A stretch of DNA of 64,000 bases. It comes from Cirrosporium novae-zelandiae. Taxonomy: Eukaryota. How positions within the stretch are numbered: position 1 is the first letter of the stretch; the number at the start of each line of letters is the position of its first letter. The notes below the pieces were generated by a model, which saw only the letters and a list, made by a program, of their open reading frames with translations, was not told the origin of the DNA and did no database searches. A program made the position numbers and the translations under genes. Of the stretch, positions 12,228 to 24,682 are shown piece after piece. The stretch lies in NCBI GenBank assembly GCA_026023565.1, contig JAPETS010000004.1, forward strand, positions 620,001-684,000, given 5' to 3'.

Positions 12228-14152
12228 ATGAAAGCTTTGGTCTGCTCGCTTCTGCTGGCGCTCGTTCCCGCGACAGAAGCAATTATTGCTGCGCAAGGAA
12301 AGGCCTACAACTTCTCTACTCCGGCGACGCCTCACACAAGCTTTGCTACTTCGAACTTCACCGACACGAGTGATGCGTTGACAGCATTGTCCCAAGCACT
12401 CGGATCCAATGTCACTATCGCCTATCCTCTGAGCTTAGCTTATGGCTCGACCATCGCAAGAGTCTGGACGAAGCAACGGGAACCCTACCCCCAGGCTATC
12501 GTCTATCCAAAAATACCGCAACATGTTAGCATTATCATGCAATTCTACTCTAATGCCTATGCGCTCTGGGGTGATGAAGGGTTTGCCATTATGTGTGGTG
12601 GTCATGCCGATTTTGGTGGTGCACAATCGTCTAGCGTCATAATCGACCTGCAAGAAATGGATTCAACTCAAGTTTTCGAGCCAACGGAAACGGACGAGTA
12701 TGCGATTCTGAAGATTGGGGGTGGGTCTAAGGCTGGCCATGTCTACGATGCGCTTGACGGTACTGGTTGGGCATTTCTTGGCCCTCGAGCTGCGACAATC
12801 GGTTGGTGGCTCTTTTCCTTTTTTCTGCCCTCCTCTATTGTCCTTCCATATAGGTCCCCAGTCGCATAGAATACCTCTTTAATGCTCTTCTCTAGGCTCG
12901 GGTGGCTTTCTTCTCGGTGGCGGCCTTGCATTCCAGACAAACCGCTATGGTGTCGGCACCGACAATCTCGTGGGCCTCGAGGTCGTTTTGATCAATGGTA
13001 CCATAATTTATGCCAGCCCCAATAATCAGTATAATGACCTTTTCTGGGCTTGCCAAGGAGCTGGTTGGATGGGCATCGGGGTAATCACCCATTTTTATAT
13101 TCGGGCTTATCCTGATCCTGGTGAAATCAGCGTTGGAACATTCGCTTTCGTCGAGTCGAATAGTAAACCAGTCTTTGAAAAGATTACCAATTTCTTCGAA
13201 AACAACACTGACCCTGATGCATTTCCTGCGGTTGTGTATCGGTTCAGAAACCCGAAATCACCCTCCGAATCATCTCCGATCATGGACCGCCAATTCATTA
13301 TTCAGATCAATGCTCTGTACTTTGGCTCGCAGGCGAAATTCAATGCGTCATTTGGGAACTTTTATGAGAATGCTTCTAACGCCGTCCTTACCACGTATAC
13401 ATTGAAGAGCCTGCAACAGTATCTGCAGGTGAATTACCCATATGGCTATAACCGTCTTTTCTACGGCAAGAGTCACACAAATGCAACAGTGGGATTCTGG
13501 GAGGATACCCTAGCAATCTTCAAGGAGACTATTAATGGACTCCTAGCCCGTGGTGATGATCCAGGGAATTCGCTTTGGGTATCTGAATGTCAGTTATACT
13601 ATACTATATTCCTTTTAAACAAAGGATTGCTGACAATCATAATTAATTGATAGATATGTTCCCAAATTGGAACAACGCCGGACCCGAAAACGATTCTGAT
13701 ACGGCCTGGCCCCATGCGACCACTGCCCATGTCACACTGACGTCACCTGAATGGTCCAACTCAAGTAACACCGAATATCTCTACGATAGGGACAAGGTGA
13801 TGATGAATTACCTGCGAGATTTCCAGAATAATCTGGACATGCCGCCAATCTATGATTACCCCAATTACATGTATGTTCTATTTCCCCGCACAATTTCTTT
13901 CCAATTGAATCATGTTCACGCATATGTGTTATTCAACCAAGATGATATGTGTCCTCCAAAGTTCTTACTAATTAATTATATCCGACCAGTGCTCCTTACA
14001 GTAATACGACCGAGGTATGGGGCAAAGAGAACTTCCAGCGCTTGTTGTCAATCAAAGAAAAATATGATCCTCAATGTCTCTTCAATCGCGGCCGTGTATT
14101 CGCCACCACCGCATGCGTGAGCAAGGGCCTAGCGAATACTTCCATTCAGTGA
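12228..14152 (+). CDS. Secreted FAD-linked oxidoreductase (VAO/berberine-bridge-enzyme-like)
   Basis: Signal peptide; CGGH FAD-attachment motif; GGFLLGGG, DLFWACQGAG, YPNY and C-terminal KYDPQCLFN. Three predicted introns. Confidence 0.88.
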
Positions 14153-15001
14153 AGCAGACACCATTTCAAGCTCGCAACTGGACCTCGAGTCGGATGACAA
14201 CACATTGATTTGATTGCAATACGATTAGGTGACCAAAGGCAAAGAGAGTTATGTGAGGCCAGCGCCTAAGCCCTAGATGTTTTCTTGGGTTAAGCTGGCT
14301 GACTAGACAGTCTCGTCGAGAAAGAAGAAAAGAAGAGGGAAAAAAGAAATCTGTGTTGTTGGTTAATTAGGTATGATATTTGATATTTAAATCATCCTGA
14401 GTTGAAACTGTCACCGGCTGCCTGAGTCCCTATTTCAATGCCTGAGGCACATAACAGCGTAGATCATGTGGCCATGTATTGGCTAGTTCAAACGTACTCG
14501 CGCCCTCCTTTTATAATTAATTATTCATCGCTTGTTTGTGGATTTGAATAGGCGATAATATATGCTCTAAGTTTTATTCTTTGATGGATAGGCCTATCTA
14601 TCTATGATGGTGGTGTATTTTTTTATATTTATATATGGGCCACGGGTTTGGGTTGGGGTTGTCATCGGTGTGGATCTTTAAGAGCGGGTTACGGGCATGG
14701 CATAACCCCCATGTGACCCGTGTAACACCCACCCCCCCCCCCCACTTAGATAGCTGCTCCGTTGAGGAGCTCTTCAACTTACTCCACTCTCATCTCAGTG
14801 TTCAGTCCGCGACCTGGTCAAGCATACTTTTTTTTTTCATGTCACCTTTTTTCTTTTTCTTTTGGCAAAGGCAAATACTTACCTATTATAAATGTTTAGA
14901 AGATATATATATAATACTTCATTCATTTTTTTATTTTATTTCATATCTTCTATTTAATTTCTAAGCCCCCGTTTTTGCAATTGGGGATTCATATATACAA
15001 A

Positions 15002-16529
15002 TCATTTCAACCAAGCTTCGATAACGGCGTACGGCGATCCAGGCCCGATGTAGATCTTTTCGAGTCTGTAGCCCGCCCGGTCCAACAGCGCTCTCCACTG
15101 TTTCTCCGTGCGCTCGATACCCGTTAGCACCATCATGGTCAGATCTGACCAGACCGCTTCGGCGTCAGCGCCCTTTTCGGGTACGACGTCATCTTGGAAT
15201 AGAATTCGCTGCTTGGTCTTGTCGGTGATGCCGGGGGTGATGTTCTTCAGGATCTCAATGCAAGTGTCGTCGGGCCAGTCGTGGAAAATGCGGCGGAGGT
15301 AGTAAATGTAAGCTCCTGTTTTGAAAGATTTTGTTAGTGGGAAGTGAATTAAATGTGGGGGGACGTTGGATGGGTTTGATGCTAACCTTTGATCGGTTGG
15401 GGTGTGAAGAAGTCGTATTCCATTCTCTCAATTCCAGGAAGTTCGTCGGTTATGTCGGCCAGACACGCGGCGCGCTCTTGCAGAATGTATCGACCCTTGA
15501 TATTAGGCATGAGGGCTTGCATCTGGACAAGGGATTGGCCTTTGCCGCCACCAATGTCGACCACCAAGGGAGTCTCGGGCGTCGTGTTGAGCTTGCCAAA
15601 AATCTCCTGATATGGGAAAAGAGCAATTGCCCACGAATGTGCGGCTGACTGGGCTTGCATGGCATAGTTGAAGGCGTTGAACCGGTCTGGGAACTGGACC
15701 ATGTATTCCCACATGTTCTTCCCCTCAGTCCGGTGGAAAAATGTGTAGGGACAGTTTCGGTCGTCGACGGGATTGATCCATCCGTTCTTCTTGAAGAATT
15801 CGAAAAACCGGAGTTCTCCAGGTTGGTATTCGTCGACCCTGCTTTGCGTTAGAAAGGGACTCCAGAAAAGGCTCTCCAGAGAAGACATGGAACTCACAGG
15901 AGCTTGAAGATGCCGGTGACTGCTGGGACAAGATAGACTAGGGAGTAATCGGTGTGGGCATATTCTTCTGCACCAGTTTCCTTGAAAGGTCCCCATATGA
16001 CGCACATTCTCATCAGACGAACTGGGCAGGAATTAGCTTTGCCCAATTGTGGAAATAAGGTGGACGGAATGAGTCCAAAGCAAAAAGCTGCCAGGGTATA
16101 TGTAACGCACCGAGCAATACTTTATCGACATTCAGCTCCTTAGCCAAAGCATCGGCAGTCATGCTGGTTCCATCCTTGGGAAGCTTGTGGAAGACCCCCA
16201 TCTCGAACAATGCTCTCGTAGCACCTGTATGAGCAACCTTGGATTCGCCAGGATTAGCAATTGGTAGCCGGAAGAGGGATCAAAAAGCTTACATTTTCGA
16301 AATGGCAGAAGACGGTATCAAGAGGGCCCTTGACGGCATTGAGAAGCTTGTGGGTTTCTTGGACAAGAGTTGTATGTGAACCAGTCACTTCCCCTTTCTC
16401 AACAATTCCATCGTTGCCAGCATTCTTGGTAGATATAGCGGCAAAGTCGTCTACCAAGGCGGTAACATGTTTCAATTGTTTCCTGATGGCAGCAATGTGC
16501 TGCGCAACAGCGTCTGCAGGGCTAGCCAT
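15002..16529 (-). CDS. SAM-dependent O-methyltransferase (Methyltransf_2, secondary-metabolite type)
   Basis: Spliced. Motifs VVDIGGGKG, YDFFTPQPIKGAYIYYLRRIFHDWPD, GIERTEKQW. Confidence 0.92.
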
Positions 16530-17151
16530 GATAATTATGATGAAAGTTGATCCTTATTGCTCAATTCAGGGTAGAAGATGGAAGTTGATTGAATAGAAAT
16601 CAACGGGGCGCTAGGAAGCCATATTTATGATTTGAATCCGGAACAGACTGCGTCCAGACTATAGAACTGGTGACGAGGAAACGGCACCAAGGTTACTTAG
16701 GCGTTGGAGCTACGAGTAGGTTTTTGGTTTTTGCGACGGCGGAGATAACTTCAAGTTGGTTTAGATATCGCCAGCCCATACACAATGTTGAACGATGGCA
16801 GTCCAGCTGCTGTGGTGAACAATGCACAGACCGTTTTATCATGTTTGTTGGTGCAACTTGGATTCATACTTTTTACTACCGGTTCAAAAGCATCACGCAT
16901 CGGAATACTCCCGCCACAATCAGATCGAGATGTTTCATGTGGGTACCTTTGGGGTGGTTGGCGTCGACAATTTTATCCCAACTTTGACAGCACGAGTAAT
17001 GTTGCGGAGCATCCATGGGGGGGGGGGGGGGGGTGACAGTGACCATAATAGGAAGCAATCGACATGGCATGCTGCTGTTTGTTATCTTGGACGAACAAGT
17101 TAAAACGAGTTGACACAAGTTATCACGAGTTAAGGTCAGTTAACACCCCAA

Positions 17152-18320
17152 CTAGCACGAAAAGTCCAAGTACTCGAGTAGGAACGGTCCTCTAAGGTGG
17201 AGACCCTAACATGAAAATAGCCTTGGAGGCGGTCAATTCCCCTGAAATTCAAATCTTCACTAAAAGACCTTTGAACATCTTCCCCCCCCCCCTTTCCGTT
17301 TACCGAACTGGTATCGAATTAGGTTTGGGGAAGGTTTGTTTGGTGGGGCCGAAGAGAACATGATGATGATGAAGAAGCAGTAGAAGCAGCAGAAGAAGAG
17401 GAGAAACTATGATAAGAGGTGACGAATGATGGAAAAAAGTATATATTGAGAGTTGAATCTAGAAATACAATAAACTATACGATTCCAGACAATTCAGACA
17501 CATGTCTCTCCCTAGCACCAGGTCATCGGGTTCTGTCCCTTGTTTGCAGGGTCCAAGACACGTTGTGAAGGTGTCTTCTCCGGTGGGGCAGGATAGGGAC
17601 CATGCTGGGTATGGAGAACACTCGAGGAGACTTTATCCAACATCCTAATAGGGAATAAATAACACAACCACCATAACTACTTAGTAAGAATACCACACAC
17701 AGGACTAATTAAAACAATGAGAATTCTTGAGAAAAAAAGTGATCCTTCGACCCACTCGGGACTTGGTCGACTAAGATTAGGCTAATGAAAGGCGTTAGAC
17801 TAATTAATTGACTTAGCCTTAAGGTGATGACTTGTAAACAATTCGTGGATTACTTTGTTTAGTCGCTTGTTAGTCGCTTGTTAGTCGCTCGTTAGTCGCT
17901 TGTTAGTCTTCCTGCTCGCTTAAAACTTAATGTCGATAAAATTCAATCACCACTGTCTAGAAGATATACTGGAAATAAAATCACAGGAAATAAACAAAAA
18001 AAATTAAAACACCAGATGGTCTCTCTGTCTATACACACCACTTATTTTAGCCTTTTATTTTTAAGCATAAAATATATTTTCTGACCAGGTCAGTCAATTA
18101 CCCATTTTTTTTTTTGAGTTTTTTTGGTTAAGAGATTTTTCAATAATCTGAATGTAACCAGGATTCGCAGGAGTTAAATTATGTCTCGTAACAAACGGAA
18201 GGATTTTCTTTTGCATTGATATAATCAAGGCTACGTAACTACAAACAGATGACAGATGACAGACTACAGATGATAGACAAACAGACTGACGGCACACAGA
18301 AACTACTACTATTATATGGA
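17152..18320 (-). mobile_element. Probable non-autonomous Helitron-like element (~1.17 kb)
   Basis: Minus strand starts TCCATATAATAGTAG followed by TCTG-rich simple repeats. It ends in the near-palindrome CTCGAGTACTTGG..GTGCTAG followed by T. No TSD. Confidence 0.45.
17859..17908. repeat. 11-bp tandem repeat (TTAGTCGCTTG) x~4.5
   Basis: Directly visible. Confidence 0.9.
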
Positions 18321-19163
18321 CGTTGGATTAGGGTTAACACTTCGGGGTTCAATTTTCCGGAAGAATGATCCCTGCCGTCCGGCTGTTCATCCATCACTCA
18401 TCTTTGCTGACCATGACCAATTTGGTTGTCTCTCCTGATTAATTCCCCTACGTTTTCAGCCTATTACAACAAGATTTCCCTTTCTCCAAGCCATACGGGT
18501 AGGCCATACTCGCTAATTATCGGAGAGGACTGGAAAATTATCTTGAAGCAAAAATAAAGAATCCTAAGTCTGGCGTCGTTGTGAAGCACACTAGGGTACA
18601 GCCGGTGGCCACACTTTCCACGACCCATCTTTTAACTCCCATCCTTCAACTGACGAATAATTACTCCATTCTTGTTGATGAAATGCCTCTTAGTTGTCGA
18701 TCTCATACCAATTTGTTATCCCTAGTTATCCCCCTTTCATTGCTATCTCATTCGCCCTGACCAACATCCCCAACTGTCTTTCTTGATAGGACCTTGCCAC
18801 CCTTGGCCTTCCGCATGATGGAACGTGCCTTGTTTGACTATCCCGACACTGCACTATTGAGGGCTGGCAGCTTCCTGGGATGTTCGCTGCAAGTTGAATC
18901 TTGCTCTTGCCAGCTTGCTTAGTCCGAATCGACCGTCCTGGGAATATCCGTCGGGCACTTGGTTCTAGCCCAACGGTCTACTTGTTTGTAGATCCAGGAG
19001 TTATGTCTTGAATTCTTCTTTGCAAGTATACAGGGTGCGCCTCAGCCGTAGTTTAATTTATTCGAGTTATAATATCCTCTCGTTTGCTCCGGATTGCCTT
19101 TCGTTAAGAATTGAATCGGTGCTATTCATCTTTTAATCACTTGTCCATCAACTGTCAGAGATC

Positions 19164-20746
19164 ATGGTGGCCATCAGCGACGCCGAAGTGAAGCAGCAGA
19201 GTCTCAGATATGGCTGTTATGTAATCTACGTTCTTGCCATGATTGTCGTATGTCTAAGGTATGTTTCTGCTGAGCTATGTCTCCATTTGATCTGGTCAAA
19301 GACTAACCAACTTTCCTTCTGCAAGGCTCTACGCCAGGAAATTCCTGGTTGGAAGTCTGGGAGCTGATGATTATTTGATTATTGCCGCCTCTGTAACTAG
19401 GTCCAAATTCCTCCACCGACGGCCAAGTTGCTAACTTTAGAAATTTAGATAACTTCAACTGGAATTATCGTGACAGTGCCTTATATGTATAATCTCGGAA
19501 TTGGACGCCATTATTATAACTTGACCGAATATGAGATTCTTTATGGGAGACGAGTAGGTATCCATTGGCTCCATTCTGTGAGGACTTATATGCTAACCCC
19601 GATAACAGTGGGGTTGGATATCCCAAATCCTCTATTACTTTGCTTTAGGGTATTCAACACACCCCCCTTTCATCTTCAATTTGGGAAGCATCAATGACGG
19701 AATAATGGTGTAGCCTTGCGAAGACCAGTATGGTCGCTTTGTATGTTCGATTAGCTTCGGATAAGAAGCACATTTACCTTCTTTATGGGATGGGAACCAT
19801 GATATTCTTACACGGATTGGCTGCAGCCATCGTAAGGCTACCCTCCACCATATCCCACAAGAAAATTGTTTAATTGACCCTTCTTTAGACCACCTCGCAT
19901 ATGTGTAGCCCGGTTTCCATCGTTTGGTCCAACACTTTCCCCGCAGGATGCATTAACCTGCTCACATTCAACTATTTTAACGCAGCTTTTCATATCCTAT
20001 CTGATCTTATTCTTGCCATTTTACCCATCCCGATATTGAAACACCTCAACATGAACAAGAAGCGAAAGCGTAAGATCTCTATTCCTTTTCCAGGTGATAT
20101 AATACTAAACTACTCATTTGTTAGTCGGTCTGAGCATCCTTTTCTCTATTGGTATTTTAACCATTGCTATTACCATAGCAAGACAAGTCACAAACGCTAT
20201 TTCATTAACTCATGTCGACTTTCCATGGTATGTACTTATCGTCGTATTATACCTTTAGGGGGAGAGTTACCCAGAGACACTAGTTAGGCTTGTGATTAGC
20301 ATTCTGATATCCCGTTTTTTAGGTACTGGTCTCCCGCCGAGCTCTGCACCTGCCTTGAAGTCAATATGGGTATCGTCTGCGCGTCAGCCCCAGCCATGCG
20401 TTCTCTCTTCAAGGGACGTTTCGGTGGAAGCAGCGACAAACCATCAAAGCTCTATGAAGCAAACAGCAACACCCGCGGTACATTTGGATCTCGAGGAGCC
20501 ATTGAACTAAGTAGCGTTGCCGCATCAGGGGACCCTAAATCCAAAGATACTTCTCGGTATAGGAGCGGCATCTTTTCCAACACTCGCAAAAGTACGTCCA
20601 ATGAAAGCGAGGAGGACATTATCCCTCACCATCCAAAAAAGTCACTGGTGAAGACCACCGAATTCCAAGTCTCGTATACCTCGCGAAACCGTGAAGACGA
20701 GGAGTTGGAGAATCGGATTGTCACTAACGCGCACCTGGCAAAATGA
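19164..20746 (+). CDS. Pth11-like (fungal rhodopsin-domain) integral membrane protein, no CFEM domain
   Basis: LRLYARK..LGADDYLI, GIGRHY, AKTSM..LYVRL, SDLILAILPIPIL, EVNMGIVCASAPAMRSL. Many introns. Confidence 0.88.
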
Positions 20747-21480
20747 AACGGGAAAATGTAGTGAAAGAAAGGTATGGAATTCGCTTCGGCAAATATATGG
20801 TTTTTGGGAGGTTCTTGGTGAAAAATTATGGGTATTTTCATATATCAGGCGCAAAATGGCACCTGTTGGTAATTTAAAGTCGGCTGTGGAGAATATATCA
20901 CCACGACGCTGGATTACAAATCTACCCATTCCCTTAGGACTCGGAGAGACCTTAACCAGATCAGCTTTTGTCCCGTTAACGGGACACGCAAAGGGTACGC
21001 TTTATAAGCATATACATATTATACCATTATTTCCCTTTTTTACTTTTAAGCTTAATACGGTGGGGCTTCAAGCTCTGTCAACTCTATCTTCCATGGAGCC
21101 CGGAACTCCGTGTTGTCCAGGACAATCGTATCTACCAACTTTGTTACCGTAGAACCCTCGTGGCTCAGAGAAGAGAGGGGGTTTTCATTGGAATTTATAT
21201 GGATGAACCTAAGCGATTTCTGGTTAGAGAGAATCATGTTATACCTGAACTCGGTGTTCCGTGTTCAAAATTTGTCATCCCCTGTTTTATAATATCTCCC
21301 AGAGGTACATAGGAGATGATGCTAGCCGCTTATAAATCAAGTGACATACAATCTGAGGATATTTATTTGTAGCGATGAATATAAAAAGGTTCTCACGCGC
21401 CTTGGACGGTTTTGTTCTCCCAAGCAATATCATTTCTTGCCTTGTTACTTTGAAAAATACTCTTACTATTGCATTCAGCC

Positions 21481-22716
21481 ATGTCCTCGATTATGAATAA
21501 CCAGGCAGTGTGGATCACAGCTCCAAAAGCCAAACCGTTCAAGGTTGGACCTGGCCCTACCCCGAATCCAGGAGAGAAAGAGATGGTGATCAAGGTGGCT
21601 TATGCAGCCATCAACCCTTCTGAGTGGAAGGTAGGCGTTGTTGTGACTAGAAACAATAGTATAATGGATGCTTACAGGACGGTCTACATAGACCCAGGAA
21701 CTCTCTATTGTCCCAATTGACTACCCTCATGTTCTCGGTAGTGATGTTGCAGGAGAGGTAGTTCAGGTTGGCTCAGGAGTTACTCGTTTCAAACTGGGCG
21801 AGCGTGTTATCGGGTAGGCTTCAATCTTAGTTCCATGGGGTGGATGCTAATATTGACATGGATAGTCAGTGTCTTGGTCTCGTCACAAAAAAACCTACCG
21901 ACGGCGGCTTCCAACTCTACACTACTTGCCCAGAGATTCTTGTTGCCAAAGTTCCGGACTCCCTCCCCCTCGCCAGTGCGGTCGTCCTCCCTCTGTCCAT
22001 TTCCACCGCCGCGACAGGCCTCTTTCGCCACCTAGGTCTTCAGTTTCCCACATTGAACCCCAAACCGACGGGAGAAATGATCCTCATTTGGGGCGGAAGC
22101 TCATCGTGCGGTAGCTCAGCTATCCAGCTAGCCGTGGCTGCAGGCTACAAGGTCATCACGACCGCAAGTTCCAGGAATCATGACTATGTCAAAAGTCTGG
22201 GAGCGGCGTATGCATTCGATCATACGCATCCTGACGTTGTCGACCAGATCATCAAGATTCTCTCAGGGGGTAAGCTTGCCGGGGTATTTGATTGCATCTC
22301 CGAGGAGAAAACCGCTCGAGCCTGTGCAGAGATCTTGAGTCGATTTGGTGGTGGTGTCCTCCCCCTACTCCTATGGGCGCCGGAGGGCCTGCCCAGCAAT
22401 GTGAAAACAGTAATGGGTATGTAAATTCTTCAAGTCCTTCGACAAGGACTTTTCTCGATAGTGTGCAATTCCATTGCTAATTTTTTATTCTTTGCTGCTG
22501 GCAGTTTGGGGTGTTGATCCTGCGTCCAATGAAGCCCTCGGAGACGCAATTTGGCGTAAGTATGTGCCGGAGGCATTGGCCCAAGGGAAATTACAGGCGA
22601 AACCTGATCCTGTGATCATTGAAGGTGGTTTGGAGAAGGTGCAAGAAGGGGTTGACCTTGTGAGGAAAGGTGTATCGGCAAAGAAGGTTGTTGTCGAAAT
22701 ATCTAAGCATATCTAG
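21481..22716 (+). CDS. Medium-chain dehydrogenase/reductase, trans-enoyl-reductase-like
   Basis: AINPSEWK, GSDVAGEVV, ILIWGGSSSCGSSAIQLA, GVSAKKVVV. Three predicted introns. Confidence 0.9.
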
Positions 22717-23173
22717 CTGATTACCTAGGTACCTAATATTGGTATTCCCACTCCTCTACGTGTACTTGGTCAGTCTCTGAATAATTCTAGGAGGTACGAA
22801 GTAATTTTGTGTAATAATCCATGTCCTATCCAGTCTTGCACAGAACATAGTTAGACTATAATTACCCCTGTTCGAAACCAGGCATGGGCATGGGGCATAA
22901 GCCCTAGGAGACACGTGGGCCCCCACACCCCCCCACTTGGACACTTGGATACCTGGATAACCTGGATGGCACAGATAGGTCAATTAGGAATCATAACGCC
23001 TTCATTCAAAAGTAAATAAAAAGTACCCTGATCTATGTCTATCAATGTAACTATGAGGTATCCAAAAGGACACCGCCAACTTTCTCATCCAATACCTTTT
23101 ATGGCGTGGAAATTCATAACCTTGCTGAAATTAATTATTAGAAATTAGAGTCCCCGTTTTCGAATACCCTCAT

Positions 23174-24682
23174 TCAACCCTCAAATACCCAACGTTGTTT
23201 GCCCATCACAGCCAGTCTCTCTAAACCGGCAGATTGCTGCTCTGCAGATGTATCTGGGTCAATGTCTAATAGACGCAGCACCTCCGCCAGCAACTTCGCA
23301 CCGATGACATATATCGGAATTGCCACATTGGGTGTCTGATTTGGATTGATGTGAAAGGGCATATCTGAACAGAAATGCATTGCCTCGTTAAAGCGTACAC
23401 GCAGATCTATGTCCTTAGTACTTCCTTGGGCGCCGAGAAGCTCGTGGATCACTGGCTGCATACGTTTGTTCAACTCAGCGTAAGTTTTGGTCAAAACTGG
23501 AGAGGTGAAGTGGAAATTGACCACCGCAGTGTCGTCCCGCATGGCGAAGCTAGCTTCATGACGGCCTTCGTGTAATAGGTCGTAATTGCTATTGTAGCTA
23601 TGTGCCAGCTTACCCAGGTCGTAGTAGATGTCGCTACATGGGTACCCACGTGGATCAACTAGCCAAAAGCGTTTCCCGGATACGTCGCAAAGAATATTCT
23701 CCAGGTGCAGATCGGCATGAATGAACGGTGACACACTACCAGGATCCAACCGGACTGCAGCTTTTTTACTCTGCTCAAGTTGAAGAAGCATGGCTGGGAT
23801 GTTTGGCAACTTTTGCCCGTTCACTTCAAGCCAACGCGCTTCAATGAGCCGATTGAATTGCGGATCCAGCTCCTTTGAGATGATAATGCGTCTCCACACA
23901 CGGTGATAGTGGTAATCGTGCAAGTAGTTGGGTGGTGTCGGTTGCTGGTAGCCAAGAAAGACCTGACGATACTCATAATCAAGCACCTGTTTCAACAACT
24001 CCACTGCCTCTGTCGGGCCAATTTGGAGGTTCAGCAACAGGTCGCGCAGGTTGGGGTACTCCTGATACTCAATGCCCATAGACACACCCCGTTCATCCTG
24101 TTCGGCGAATAGCAATCTGGGATAGTGGTCGCGCAACGGCGGCGGCAGTGATTTGTACAGCTGAACCTCGTCAAGGAGCTTAAGTGCACCGCGGCCACTC
24201 GCATTCTTGAAGAAATGCCGACGAATTCCGGACTTGGAAAACGAGCCACCGATACGTAATACATCAGTACTAGTGAACTGCTGTAGGGTGTATGCGGTAA
24301 TGCCATCGCTTCCACCCAGGGCCCGTACCGCGTCTTCGACATTGTCGTACCCCTGAGAGAAGCTCTTACGCAAGCTATCCCATGGCACTCGCGCAGCAAC
24401 AAGACGGCGCTGAGCTGGGCCGTCCCAGACTGTAAGACGCGAAGGCAATCGCACTGAGCTCAGGGTCAAGCGACGGATGGCCAAGTTAGTCAGTCCGGGA
24501 TGTGTGCCGATGAATACAACCTCACTGTGTGCTTGATACCGCTCAATCAAATATGCTATATCAGCGCCATAGTCAAGCTTGACAACATCTTTCAGGCCAT
24601 AAGAGGCCAAAAGATTTGCCAAAGCCTGGTTATCTTTGGCAGATCTGTCATCTGGATTGAGAAGAATTGCAAGCATCGTCAT
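23174..24682 (-). CDS. Intronless APH/choline-kinase-like phosphotransferase (protein-kinase-like fold), 502 aa
   Basis: Brenner-type motif FIHADLHLENIL, metal-binding LVDPRG, YYDLGKLAHS, and KLLDEVQLYKSLP..YPRL. Confidence 0.82.
   Translation of the reverse strand: MTMLAILLNPDDRSAKDNQALANLLASYGLKDVVKLDYGADIAYLIERYQAHSEVVFIGTHPGLTNLAIRRLTLSSVRLPSRLTVWDGPAQRRLVAARVPWDSLRKSFSQGYDNVEDAVRALGGSDGITAYTLQQFTSTDVLRIGGSFSKSGIRRHFFKNASGRGALKLLDEVQLYKSLPPPLRDHYPRLLFAEQDERGVSMGIEYQEYPNLRDLLLNLQIGPTEAVELLKQVLDYEYRQVFLGYQQPTPPNYLHDYHYHRVWRRIIISKELDPQFNRLIEARWLEVNGQKLPNIPAMLLQLEQSKKAAVRLDPGSVSPFIHADLHLENILCDVSGKRFWLVDPRGYPCSDIYYDLGKLAHSYNSNYDLLHEGRHEASFAMRDDTAVVNFHFTSPVLTKTYAELNKRMQPVIHELLGAQGSTKDIDLRVRFNEAMHFCSDMPFHINPNQTPNVAIPIYVIGAKLLAEVLRLLDIDPDTSAEQQSAGLERLAVMGKQRWVFEG

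Noticed and set aside
14637..14745. CGGGTT/ACCCG-rich patch resembling a hAT-type subterminal region
   Set aside because: No matching second end or TSD found; too short to call.
17859..17908. Short repeat arrays considered as CRISPR-like
   Set aside because: Head-to-tail minisatellites without spacers, in eukaryotic DNA.
18328..18336. TTAGGGTTA (minus strand TAACCCTAA), as a possible telomerase RNA template
   Set aside because: A single 9-mer is expected by chance in 64 kb. No pseudoknot or CR4/5 domain was recognised, and the downstream sequence looks like a Helitron end.
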